Assembly: GCA_020341815.1 (NCBI GenBank)
Contig: CP070837.1
Coordinates: forward strand, 1,474,607 to 1,538,606
Direction: 5' to 3'
From: Candidatus Omnitrophota bacterium
GTDB lineage: Bacteria; Omnitrophota; Gorgyraeia; JAFGHF01
Length of the DNA: 64,000 nt
A program made the translations under genes and the position numbers. Position 1 is the stretch's first letter. Each line of letters begins with the position of its first letter. Below are positions 49,071 through 57,966 of the stretch, in pieces. Below the pieces are notes generated by a model. That model did no database searches and had not been told where the DNA came from. It saw only the letters and a program-made list of their open reading frames with translations.

Positions 49071-49814
49071 ATGATTATTGCGCTTTTAATAGGCAGAAAG
49101 GCAAGCCGGGGTCTTCCCGGGAAGAATTTGCATATTGTCTTAGGTAACCCACTTGCATATTATCCTATTAAGGCGGCGAAGGATTGTGCCGAAATAGACA
49201 GGATATATATGTCAACGGATGACGAAAAGCTCATAGACTTGGCAAAGATAAACGGCATTGCCTCTATTCAGAGACCGCCTGAGTTATGTACAGACGATGC
49301 CCTTGGGGAAGATGCCTACATTCACGCTTATAATGTTGTGAAGGAAAAAAACGAAGGCCAGATAGAGATGCTTGTTCTTTTGATGTGCAATGCCGCTACA
49401 ATTACATCAGAGATGATTTCATCGGGGATAAAGGTTTTAAGGGAAAATCCCGATTATGATTCTGCGGTGACAGTGTCAGGGTGCAATATGTGGAGCCCCT
49501 TAAGAGCAAGAAAAATCGGCGAAGATGGTCTCTTGAGGCCTTTTGTTCCATTTGAGACATTTGGCGACCCAAAAATATTAAATTGTGATAGAGATTCGCA
49601 GGGGGATGTATGGTTTGCCGATATGGGTGTTTCGATCGTTCGTCCAAGATGTTTAGAAAATATAGAAAAGGGATTGCTGCCCCAGAAATGGATGGGGCGA
49701 AAGATTTATCCGCTTAAGCAATGGGGCGGCTGCGATATAGATTATGAATGGCAGATTCCTATGACAGAATATTGGTTAAGGAAACATGGCTTTACAGAAG
49801 CTGCAAATGGATAA
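49071..49814 (+). CDS. Acylneuraminate (CMP-nonulosonate) cytidylyltransferase, NeuA family, third cytidylyltransferase in the locus
   Basis: MIIALLIGRKASRGLPGKNLHIVLGNPLAYYPIKAA is the canonical NeuA N-terminus. The protein is 247 aa. Confidence 0.85.
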   Translation: MIIALLIGRKASRGLPGKNLHIVLGNPLAYYPIKAAKDCAEIDRIYMSTDDEKLIDLAKINGIASIQRPPELCTDDALGEDAYIHAYNVVKEKNEGQIEMLVLLMCNAATITSEMISSGIKVLRENPDYDSAVTVSGCNMWSPLRARKIGEDGLLRPFVPFETFGDPKILNCDRDSQGDVWFADMGVSIVRPRCLENIEKGLLPQKWMGRKIYPLKQWGGCDIDYEWQIPMTEYWLRKHGFTEAANG

Positions 49815-50822
49815 TTGATTATGCCCCGGATACAACCAAACGCTAACTTTCATACTGTTACTGAAAAGACAGTGCTCGATGACCGTAAAGATAAGGAGTT
49901 TTTAGAGTATCGGCGGCGCTGGTATGAATTCCCGATTAATTTTATCGTGGGTGGATTTCCTATACATTTAGATATAGAGACTACAAATATATGCAATCTT
50001 CACTGCCCATTTTGCGCAACAACCTTTAAAAATTGGGGACCCTATAAAAAAGGGCTTTTGGATTTATCTCTTTTTAAAAGAATCATTGACGAAGGGGCTG
50101 ACAATGGACTTTGTTCTGTAAAACTTAGCCTGCGCGGCGAACCATTGTTACACCCCGATATTGCCGAGATGGTAGCTTATGCCAAGAAAAGAGGTATTAT
50201 AGATATCTATTTTAATACCAATGGCACTTTTCTTGATGAAAACAAAATAAATCAGTTAATAGATTCGGGCCTGGACAGGATATCAATCTCCTTCGAGGGA
50301 ATTAGTAAAGAAGTTTACCAGAGGTATCGCCCGGGCGCTGAGTATGAATCTGTAGTTGATAATATAAAGAAATTGCGGCAGATTCGGGATAAGAGAAATT
50401 TGCCCCATCCTAAGATTAGAATCCAGACAGTGTTACTCCCGGAATTAAGGGAAGCATTTACTGAATATGTGGGATTTTGGGAGAAGATTGCCGATGAGGT
50501 ATCATATTTAGATGCAAGGAAAGAAACACCGAAAGATAAGCATAAAGGAGGGATAGCTGATTGGGCTTGTCCGTTTCTTTGGCAAAGAATGGTCATACTT
50601 TGGGATGGGACAATTTTGCCTTGCCTTATGCATGGTGTTGATAACTTTAGCCTGATGAGTTTGGGCAATGTGAAAGAACTCAGCATCAAAGAGATGTGGC
50701 AAGGTAAAGAAGTTTTCCGTTATAGAGAAATTCACCGCTTAGGTCAATCGCATAAGCTTGAGGCTTGTGAGCGTTGTTCCTACCGGGCTATGGAATTGGA
50801 GAAACTCGAGATAAAGAAATGA
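49815..50822 (+). CDS. Radical SAM enzyme with SPASM-type auxiliary domain (paralog of 29569..30633)
   Basis: The radical SAM motif is IETTNICNLHCPFCATT. The SPASM-type cysteines are CPFLWQRMVILWDGTILPCLMHG...CERCSY. The start immediately abuts the NeuA stop (TAATTGATTATG region). Confidence 0.8.
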   Translation: MIMPRIQPNANFHTVTEKTVLDDRKDKEFLEYRRRWYEFPINFIVGGFPIHLDIETTNICNLHCPFCATTFKNWGPYKKGLLDLSLFKRIIDEGADNGLCSVKLSLRGEPLLHPDIAEMVAYAKKRGIIDIYFNTNGTFLDENKINQLIDSGLDRISISFEGISKEVYQRYRPGAEYESVVDNIKKLRQIRDKRNLPHPKIRIQTVLLPELREAFTEYVGFWEKIADEVSYLDARKETPKDKHKGGIADWACPFLWQRMVILWDGTILPCLMHGVDNFSLMSLGNVKELSIKEMWQGKEVFRYREIHRLGQSHKLEACERCSYRAMELEKLEIKK

Positions 50823-50830
50823 GGTAGAAT

Positions 50831-51583
50831 ATGATATTTGAAGATATTAAAGAAAAAAAGGTGCTTGTGACCGGTGCCGGTACGGGGATAGGCGCCTGCA
50901 TTGCCGAAGTTTTCGCTTCTTGCGGCGCTTTTGTCGGCATCCACTACCGAAACAGCAAAAAGGAAGCCACAGCGCTTAAAAACCATATATTAAAATGCGG
51001 CGGAAGAGCAGAATTATTCAAAGTAAACTTGCTGGATAGCTCTTCCCGTGAAAAACTTATACCAGCTTTTGTAAAGGCCTTTGGCGGCTTAGATATACTT
51101 ATCAATAATGCAGGCGGTATTTATGGATTTAAAGATTTCCTGAAATTAGATGAGAAATCCTGGGAGGATACCTTTACTCTCAATGCCAAATCTGCCTTTT
51201 TTTTGGCAAGAGATGCCTTTTTTTACATGAAGAGGCACGGCGGAGGTAAAATTATTAATATTAGTTCCGTCTCGGCAAAGTATGGTGGCTCATCTCAATC
51301 TATCCATTATGGCGCTGCTAAGGCGGCGCTTGAAGCAGTTACCAAAGGCTTAGCACGCGCAGGCGCAAAATACAATATTTTGGCTAATTCTATCAGGGGT
51401 GGATTTATAGATACTCCTTTTCATAAAAAAATAGCTCGTGAGAATATAACAGAGAGAATAAACCTTATACCGTTAAAACGAGCGGGAAAGCCGATAGATA
51501 TTGCAAAAACGGCCTTATTTTTAGGTTCAAGCGCCGGGGATTATGTTACAGGTGAGACTTTTACAGTTGCCGGAGGAGATTAA
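50831..51583 (+). CDS. Short-chain dehydrogenase/reductase (classical SDR, FabG-like)
   Basis: The cofactor-binding motif is VLVTGAGTGIGACIAE (TGxxxGxG), with NNAG, and the catalytic motif is YGAAKAALE (YxxxK). Confidence 0.85.
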   Translation: MIFEDIKEKKVLVTGAGTGIGACIAEVFASCGAFVGIHYRNSKKEATALKNHILKCGGRAELFKVNLLDSSSREKLIPAFVKAFGGLDILINNAGGIYGFKDFLKLDEKSWEDTFTLNAKSAFFLARDAFFYMKRHGGGKIINISSVSAKYGGSSQSIHYGAAKAALEAVTKGLARAGAKYNILANSIRGGFIDTPFHKKIARENITERINLIPLKRAGKPIDIAKTALFLGSSAGDYVTGETFTVAGGD

Positions 51584-51589
51584 AGAGGG

Positions 51590-52573
51590 ATGAAAGAGAC
51601 CGATATCAGGCGACGAAAACTATTCGATAATTATTTATCAACAATAAAGAAGGATATCCCGATTTATTTTAAAGAGAGGGGTCTTTTTCAGGCTGTTTCT
51701 TGCCCCGGATGTAATAGCAAAAGGCACCGCTCGGAATTTAAGAAGAACTCCTTTGTATATGCTTTATGCGACAGATGCGGGACCATTTTTGTTAATCCGA
51801 GGCCATGTTTTAAACAATTAAAGGCCTTTTATGTTGATTCAGCATCCAGTCGGTATTGGACACGGAAGTTTTTTCCGCCTGTTGCCGAGGCAAGAAGAAG
51901 GGAAATCTTTCGGCCGCGAGCCGAGTATATAGGTAAAGTTTTATCTAAAAAGAATAAATGGACAGTGGGGGATGTAGGGGCAGGTTTTGGGCTTTTTCTT
52001 GAAGAATTAGCAAAGCTTAAGCCCTCTATAAGGCCAGTCGTGATCGAGCCTTCTGTGGAGATGGCCGATATTTGCAGATCGAAGGGCCTGGAAGTTATCC
52101 CTCAGGCATTAGAGGACATTCGGGGCTGGGATAGGCGTTTTGATTTACTTACTGCTTTCGAGCTTTTTGAACACCTTTATGACCCGGGTCAATTTCTAAA
52201 GAAAATCGGGCAACTTCTGCGCCCGGGAGGGTATTTGTTTTTAACTACTCTAAACGGCAAAGGTTTCGATATTCAGATGTTCTGGGAAAAATCTAAAAGT
52301 ATATTTCCACCGCATCATTTGAATTTTTTTAATCCAGGCTCTGTTGCAACCTTGCTTCAGAAAAATGATTTTATCGTAGAAGAGATTAGCACCCCGGGGC
52401 AATTGGACTGGGATATAGTCGAAGGGATGATCTTGAAAGAAAAGATAAAAGTCGGCCGCTTTTGGCAATTGCTGGCAAAAAGTAAAAATGAACAGGCAAA
52501 AAAGGCTCTTCAGGATTGGATTAGAAAATACCAATTCAGTTCACATATGCAGGTTTTAGCTAAGAAGAAATAG
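51590..52573 (+). CDS. Class I SAM-dependent methyltransferase with N-terminal Cys4 zinc-ribbon
   Basis: The N-terminus has CPGCNSK...CDRCGTIF (a 4-Cys ribbon). The methyltransferase motif I is VGDVGAGFGLFLEEL, with a post-I acidic VIEPS, and FELFEHLYDP matches the Methyltransf_11/23 pattern. Confidence 0.65.
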   Translation: MKETDIRRRKLFDNYLSTIKKDIPIYFKERGLFQAVSCPGCNSKRHRSEFKKNSFVYALCDRCGTIFVNPRPCFKQLKAFYVDSASSRYWTRKFFPPVAEARRREIFRPRAEYIGKVLSKKNKWTVGDVGAGFGLFLEELAKLKPSIRPVVIEPSVEMADICRSKGLEVIPQALEDIRGWDRRFDLLTAFELFEHLYDPGQFLKKIGQLLRPGGYLFLTTLNGKGFDIQMFWEKSKSIFPPHHLNFFNPGSVATLLQKNDFIVEEISTPGQLDWDIVEGMILKEKIKVGRFWQLLAKSKNEQAKKALQDWIRKYQFSSHMQVLAKKK

Positions 52574-52585
52574 GCAGGGAATTAG

Positions 52586-53512
52586 ATGCAGTTTAAGAAA
52601 TTTGCTAAAGATCATTTGCCGGATAATGCTTACAAACTATTAAGGCATTATTGGCGCACCATTTGCAGCAATTTAGCGATTATATCGATTAAACTCGCTA
52701 TTGCCGAGCAAGGTCTTCTTAAACTTTATCGTCAATTAAGTAATATTGTGCCGGATATCACTCATCAATACAGCAGTTTTAAAATAGACAATAAATATCT
52801 GCAGTTGAAAGTAAGAGCGCAGCATAGTTTCCAGATTAATCTGGCAAACAAGGCTATCGAGATGACGGCTATCGAAAGAAACAATAAAGAGCTTAAGATA
52901 ATTGATATTGGCGATTCTTGCGGTACTCATGTTCAATACATAAAAGGTCTATGGCCAAACAAACAAATTCGTACGCTTAGCATTAACTTAGACAGCAATG
53001 CAGCAGAGCGAATAAAACAAAAAGGGTTAGAAGCTATATGCGGCAGGGCAGAAGATATAAAGACTTATTCTGCCAGCGGAGATATATTTTTATCTTTTGA
53101 GATGCTTGAGCATTTGATGAACCCGTTTCAATTTTTACATAATCTTTCCGAAGGTACAGATTGCAAGTTTTTAGTAATTACCGTTCCTTATCTGCGTCAT
53201 AGCCGGTTAGGGTTCCAGCGCATGCGAAATAATGATAAAATAGAATTAAATGCCGAAAATACGCATATATTGGAACTTTCTCCTGACGATTGGCGGTTGC
53301 TTTTTCAATTTTCCGGCTGGCGTGTTGAATATGATACGATCTATTTGCAATACCCCAGATGGAATCTCTTGCGCATGATGAAATTTTATTGGAGCAAGTT
53401 TGATTTTGAGGGCTTTTATGGAGCAATTTTGGTTAGAGATTTGACATGGAGCAACTTGTATAAAAATTGGGAACAAGTAATAACAGAAAAAGAATGCTTA
53501 AGATTGCAATAA
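52586..53512 (+). CDS. Probable class I SAM-dependent methyltransferase
   Basis: IIDIGDSCGTH is a degenerate motif I, and LSFEMLEHLMNPFQFLHNL matches the motif IV/EHL region shared with the neighbouring methyltransferase. The call is less certain. Confidence 0.45.
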   Translation: MQFKKFAKDHLPDNAYKLLRHYWRTICSNLAIISIKLAIAEQGLLKLYRQLSNIVPDITHQYSSFKIDNKYLQLKVRAQHSFQINLANKAIEMTAIERNNKELKIIDIGDSCGTHVQYIKGLWPNKQIRTLSINLDSNAAERIKQKGLEAICGRAEDIKTYSASGDIFLSFEMLEHLMNPFQFLHNLSEGTDCKFLVITVPYLRHSRLGFQRMRNNDKIELNAENTHILELSPDDWRLLFQFSGWRVEYDTIYLQYPRWNLLRMMKFYWSKFDFEGFYGAILVRDLTWSNLYKNWEQVITEKECLRLQ

Positions 53513-54405
53513 CTACCACATCATTCGGAGAGTTTGACGAAAAGCCTTTGAGCCTTTTGAGGGATTCCGGCTTTGAAGTTGTGTTAAATTCTTATGGCAG
53601 AAAGCTTGAAGAAAAAGAAGTTATTGAGCTGACAAAGGATGCTATCGGTCTTATCGCTGGAACCGAAGCTTTGGATTCGAAAACTTTAGCAGGGCTGCCG
53701 CAACTTAAAGTCATCTCGCGTTGCGGAGCGGGAATAGACAATGTGGATTTAGAAGCAGCCGAAGGGGCAGGAATAAAGGTCTATAATACTGCTGATGCGC
53801 CAACGGTGGCTGTTGCAGAATTAACAATCGGTCTGATATTGGGGCTACTGCGCAAAATACCAATTATGCACCGGGAAATCAGCAACGGTTTATGGAAAAA
53901 AAGGACAGGGAATCTTTTGTCCGGTAAACAGGTTGGCATTGTTGGTTTTGGCAGGATTGGCAGAAAAGTAGCAGGGTTGCTTAAGGAAATGAGAGCCAAT
54001 GTATTTTATACCGATCCATTCATAATAGAAAAAGGAGAATTCGCGAAGGTTAAATTTAAAGAGCTTTTAAAAAAGTCTGATATTATAAGTTTACATCTTT
54101 CCTATTCACAAGAAAACCGTAATTTGCTGGGAAGAGAGGAATTTTCTTTAATGAAGCAGGGAGCATTCTTAATAAACGCATCGCGAGGGGGCATTGTGGA
54201 TGAAGATGCGCTTTACCTGGCGCTTAAAGAAGGAAGGCTTGCCGGGGCTGCTCTGGATGTTTTTGAAGAAGAGCCTTATAAGGGCCGACTAAAGGAATTG
54301 GATAATGTAATCCTCACCCCGCATATCGGTTCCTACGCGAAAGAATCCCGGATAGAAATGGAGATGCGGGCCGTGCATAATTTGCTAGAAGGTTTAGGGT
54401 GTTAA
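53494..54405 (+). CDS. D-isomer-specific 2-hydroxyacid dehydrogenase (PGDH/glycerate dehydrogenase-like), NAD-binding
   Basis: The NAD motif is GKQVGIVGFGRIGRKVA (GxGxxGxxxA), and the catalytic region is ...ASRGGIVDEDAL...PHIGS (Arg/Glu/His triad context). I prefer the start at the second Met (MLKIAI). Confidence 0.85.
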   Translation: MLKIAITTTSFGEFDEKPLSLLRDSGFEVVLNSYGRKLEEKEVIELTKDAIGLIAGTEALDSKTLAGLPQLKVISRCGAGIDNVDLEAAEGAGIKVYNTADAPTVAVAELTIGLILGLLRKIPIMHREISNGLWKKRTGNLLSGKQVGIVGFGRIGRKVAGLLKEMRANVFYTDPFIIEKGEFAKVKFKELLKKSDIISLHLSYSQENRNLLGREEFSLMKQGAFLINASRGGIVDEDALYLALKEGRLAGAALDVFEEEPYKGRLKELDNVILTPHIGSYAKESRIEMEMRAVHNLLEGLGC

Positions 54406-54406
54406 G

Positions 54407-55069
54407 TTGATTAAGGCAATTATTTTCGATTTTGATGGTGTGATTGTGGAATCGGCGGATATTAAGACAGAGGCCTTTAGGGAACTTTTCGCTGCTTATC
54501 CGCAAAGAATCAAGGAAATCATAGATTATCATTTAATAAATGCCGGCGTTTCCCGTTATGTTAAGTTTCGATACATTTATGAACGAATCTTAGAGAAAGG
54601 CCTTCTTAAGAATAGAGAAATTGAGCTGGGAAATCGCTTTTCTCAAATAGTACTGGAGAAAATTCTTAACGCCCCTTTAGTAGCCGGGGCAAAGGAATTC
54701 TTCGATGCCAACAGAAGTAGATATCAATTCTTCGTTGCTTCGGGCACGCCGGAAGAAGAGCTGCGTGAGATTATTGAGGCAAGGGGCTTGCAGGGACATT
54801 TTAAAGAGATACACGGCAGCCCAAAGAAAAAAACAGCTATTATAAACGAGATAATAAATAAATACAGTTTTGCAAAGAATGAAGTTGTTTATGTCGGTGA
54901 TGCACAAAGCGACCGTATTTCAGCAGAAGAGGCAGGAATAGTCTTTATTGAACGTAAACCCGACTTAGATTTAAAGTCAGGAAGTTATCCATGGGCCATA
55001 AAAGACCTATCCGACTTCGGTGAAATTTTAAAAAAAATTGAAAAAATTAACTTTTGGAGGAATGATTAA
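54407..55069 (+). CDS. HAD-superfamily hydrolase (phosphatase/phosphomutase-like, subfamily IA)
   Basis: It has a TTG start. Motif I is IIFDFDGVIVES (DxDGV) and motif III/IV is ...KK...VVYVGDAQSD. Confidence 0.8.
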   Translation: MIKAIIFDFDGVIVESADIKTEAFRELFAAYPQRIKEIIDYHLINAGVSRYVKFRYIYERILEKGLLKNREIELGNRFSQIVLEKILNAPLVAGAKEFFDANRSRYQFFVASGTPEEELREIIEARGLQGHFKEIHGSPKKKTAIINEIINKYSFAKNEVVYVGDAQSDRISAEEAGIVFIERKPDLDLKSGSYPWAIKDLSDFGEILKKIEKINFWRND

Positions 55070-55070
55070 G

Positions 55071-55967
55071 ATGAAGATAATTGTTTTTGGTGGATCAGGA
55101 TTTATTGGTAGCCATGTGGCGGATATATTAACTGAAAGCGGACATGAAGTTAGAATTTTTGATTTGGAACCTTCGCCTTACTTTAAAGCGAATCAAGAAA
55201 TGATTACAGGAGATATTTTGGATGAACAGAAGGTAAACAAGGCTGTTGAGGATTGCGATTATATTTACCATTTTGCAGGTATAGCGGACCTTGACGATGC
55301 CAGGACCAAATCCTTAGAGACAGTAACTCAAAATATAAAAGGAACGGCAGTTTTACTTGGAGCAGCTCGTCGCATAAGAGCGAAAAGATTTGTTTTTGCC
55401 AGCACCGTTTATGTTTATAGCGACAGAGGAGGCTTCTACCGTTGCAGTAAACAGGCAGCAGAACTCTATGTGGAAGAATACCAGAGGCATTACGGCTTAG
55501 ATTACACTATATTACGCTACGGCAGTGTTTATGGACCGCGCGCCGACCATCGCAATAGTGTCTATAAATATTTAAAACAGGCCATGGAAGAAGGGAAGAT
55601 TGAAATTTGCGCTAACGGTGAAGAAATGAGAGAATACATTCATGTAAGAGATGCTGCGCGTTTGAGCGTAGAGGCGCTTTCAGAAAAACATAGGAATCAG
55701 CATATAATTATTACAGGGCACCACCCGATGAAATTTAGAGATTTTCTATATACAATAAAAGAAATCCTGGGTAATAAAGTTAAAATCGAATTTAAAGAAG
55801 TTATTCCAAACTCTCCGCATTATAACTTAACTCCTTATTCCTTTATTCCAAAAATCGGCTATAAGCTTACCGCAAATCATTACTTAGATATGGGGCAGGG
55901 ATTGCTGGAATGTATAGATGAGATCCATTCTTTCAATCAAATAAAAGAGGCTGTAAAAAATGCTTAA
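55071..55967 (+). CDS. NAD-dependent nucleotide-sugar epimerase/dehydratase (extended SDR)
   Basis: The Rossmann motif is MKIIVFGGSGFIGSHVADIL and the catalytic motif is YRCSKQAAE (YxxxK). A GGAGG sequence lies 10 nt upstream of the ATG at 55071, so I prefer this start over the ORF-track start at 55038. Confidence 0.8.
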   Translation: MKIIVFGGSGFIGSHVADILTESGHEVRIFDLEPSPYFKANQEMITGDILDEQKVNKAVEDCDYIYHFAGIADLDDARTKSLETVTQNIKGTAVLLGAARRIRAKRFVFASTVYVYSDRGGFYRCSKQAAELYVEEYQRHYGLDYTILRYGSVYGPRADHRNSVYKYLKQAMEEGKIEICANGEEMREYIHVRDAARLSVEALSEKHRNQHIIITGHHPMKFRDFLYTIKEILGNKVKIEFKEVIPNSPHYNLTPYSFIPKIGYKLTANHYLDMGQGLLECIDEIHSFNQIKEAVKNA

Positions 55968-57966
55968 CGCTGCACTTTATGTATTTGACCGCATGCCTAA
56001 CGTGAGAAGGCTTATCCGATATTCTGATGAGAAAAATATCGACAAAATATTTCTCTGCCCTGTGACGGCCAATCAAGATACGACCTCTTTAATCGTTAAA
56101 CATTTTTCTTCAATAAAAAATCGTAAAATTGAAGTCATTCCATATTTAGAACATTTTAATAGACAGGCCTTTTTGGAACGCGATAATTTTATTCATTTCA
56201 TTTCTGAGTTTGGCGAAAAGCCAAGGTTCGGCGAGATTAACTTTAAAAAATACTTTAAATATCCGTTCAGTTCATTTTCCGTATGGTGGTCTTCCCTGAT
56301 ATTTGAAAAAAACCCTCTAAAAAGCGATGTGTACCATAGTTTAGTTCAATTACTTACTATACTAAAACTAAAGAAAGAATATAAATGCAAACAGCTAATA
56401 CTCGATATTGGATCGAAAGATTTATCCTGCACAATAATGCAGGATAGCATAAATAGGCAATACCATTGTATCGATTTCAAAAAATATAGAGTGCATTCAC
56501 AAATTGTTACTTTTTCAGTAAATTTCTTAAAGGGAATAAAACATTATTTTTATTTCATATATAAGATTTTTATTGTGACTGTTCATGCCAGGGGCTTAGG
56601 CTTTAGAAAAGAGATTTTAAGAAACGCCAGGTATCTCGCTATCAGTTACTTCCCTTTAATTGACAGAGAGTCTTTAAAACAAGAGAAGTTTGTTAATAAA
56701 TATTATGGCGCGCTGCAAACAGCGCTGGAAAATAAGTATAAAGACAGATTTATCTGGCTGGCAGTGTCACCCGGCATCGATGGTTTTAGTTTTCGGGATA
56801 GCGTTAAGCTGGGAAGACAGATAAATACCTGGAAATACCCGATTTATTTCCTGGAAGAATGGGTTAGCCCGAAGGACCTGCTTGTGATTATGGCCCATTA
56901 CGTTTATTTCATGATTAAGTGCATTATAAAGGTACCCTATCTTTCAAAAAGCTTCGAGTATTCTAAAGAAAGTATAAATGTCTGGAACATTTTTAAACAA
57001 GATTGGTTTTCTTCATTCGCCGGCGGAGCTTTAATGAGCAACATCTTTTATTTTAAGGCTTTTAGGAATATTTCTAATAAACTTAAATCCGGGACAGTTG
57101 TTACATACCTTGCCGAAAGTCAGCCCTGGGAAAGAACGTTAAATTTTACCCTCCATGATCAGAATAGGAATCTGAAAACCGTCGGGATAGTACATACTAC
57201 GATTCCACTATTGCTGTTACAGTTTTTCGATTCTAAAGATGATTTGCAATGGGATGAGCGCTCGAAATTTACTATGCCCAAACCGGATTATTTAGCATGT
57301 AACGGCAGGATTCCATTAGAAGTTTTTCAGGAAACAGGCTGGAGTAAAAAAAGAGCTTTTTTATGGTTCGCTATACGCTATCAGCATCTCAAAAAACATC
57401 TGCAAAAGAGGATTCCCTGGCAGAGCCGACAGAATAAAATCTTAGTCGCATTAGCGTTTAGCACCAAAGAAGCAAAGGAGTTATTATATTATATTCATCA
57501 AGCCTTCAGCGGACAGACAGATTACCAAATAATCATAAAAGGGCACTACCATGGGCTTCCCGTGCAAACTCTGATTAAGCGCTTGAATTTAGATTTTAAT
57601 AAAAATACCTTTATTTTTTCAAATGAAGAGCTGGATAGGCTTTTGCCTTTGGTAAAGGCGATGATCGTAGCCAGCTCTTCGGTTGCTTTGGAAAGCATCA
57701 CTTTCGGATGCCCGGTTATTATTCCCAGATTATCCGGCGTAATCGATATGAATCCACTTTCAGAAATTAGCGATTTGCCACTTTACGCACAAAGCCCTGA
57801 AAGGTTACGCGGCTTAGTAGATGATATCCTAACGCGAAGAGAATCCCCGGTAAATTATGAAAAATGTAAGAATTTTGTCGAGAATTACTTCGAATTCCCT
57901 GATTCCGAACACGAATTGATAGAAAAGATAGAAAGCTGTTTTGCAGCTGCCGGAAAGATGCTATGA
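55960..57966 (+). CDS. Large uncharacterised protein (668 aa), GT-B-like C-terminus; candidate glycosyl/nonulosonate transferase or capsule-biosynthesis-family protein
   Basis: The C-terminus (ILVALAFSTKEAKELLYYI...LLPLVKAMIVASSSVALESITFGCPVIIP) resembles a GT-B second Rossmann domain. The N-terminal two-thirds have no known motif and are very AT-rich. Confidence 0.3.
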   Translation: MLNAALYVFDRMPNVRRLIRYSDEKNIDKIFLCPVTANQDTTSLIVKHFSSIKNRKIEVIPYLEHFNRQAFLERDNFIHFISEFGEKPRFGEINFKKYFKYPFSSFSVWWSSLIFEKNPLKSDVYHSLVQLLTILKLKKEYKCKQLILDIGSKDLSCTIMQDSINRQYHCIDFKKYRVHSQIVTFSVNFLKGIKHYFYFIYKIFIVTVHARGLGFRKEILRNARYLAISYFPLIDRESLKQEKFVNKYYGALQTALENKYKDRFIWLAVSPGIDGFSFRDSVKLGRQINTWKYPIYFLEEWVSPKDLLVIMAHYVYFMIKCIIKVPYLSKSFEYSKESINVWNIFKQDWFSSFAGGALMSNIFYFKAFRNISNKLKSGTVVTYLAESQPWERTLNFTLHDQNRNLKTVGIVHTTIPLLLLQFFDSKDDLQWDERSKFTMPKPDYLACNGRIPLEVFQETGWSKKRAFLWFAIRYQHLKKHLQKRIPWQSRQNKILVALAFSTKEAKELLYYIHQAFSGQTDYQIIIKGHYHGLPVQTLIKRLNLDFNKNTFIFSNEELDRLLPLVKAMIVASSSVALESITFGCPVIIPRLSGVIDMNPLSEISDLPLYAQSPERLRGLVDDILTRRESPVNYEKCKNFVENYFEFPDSEHELIEKIESCFAAAGKML

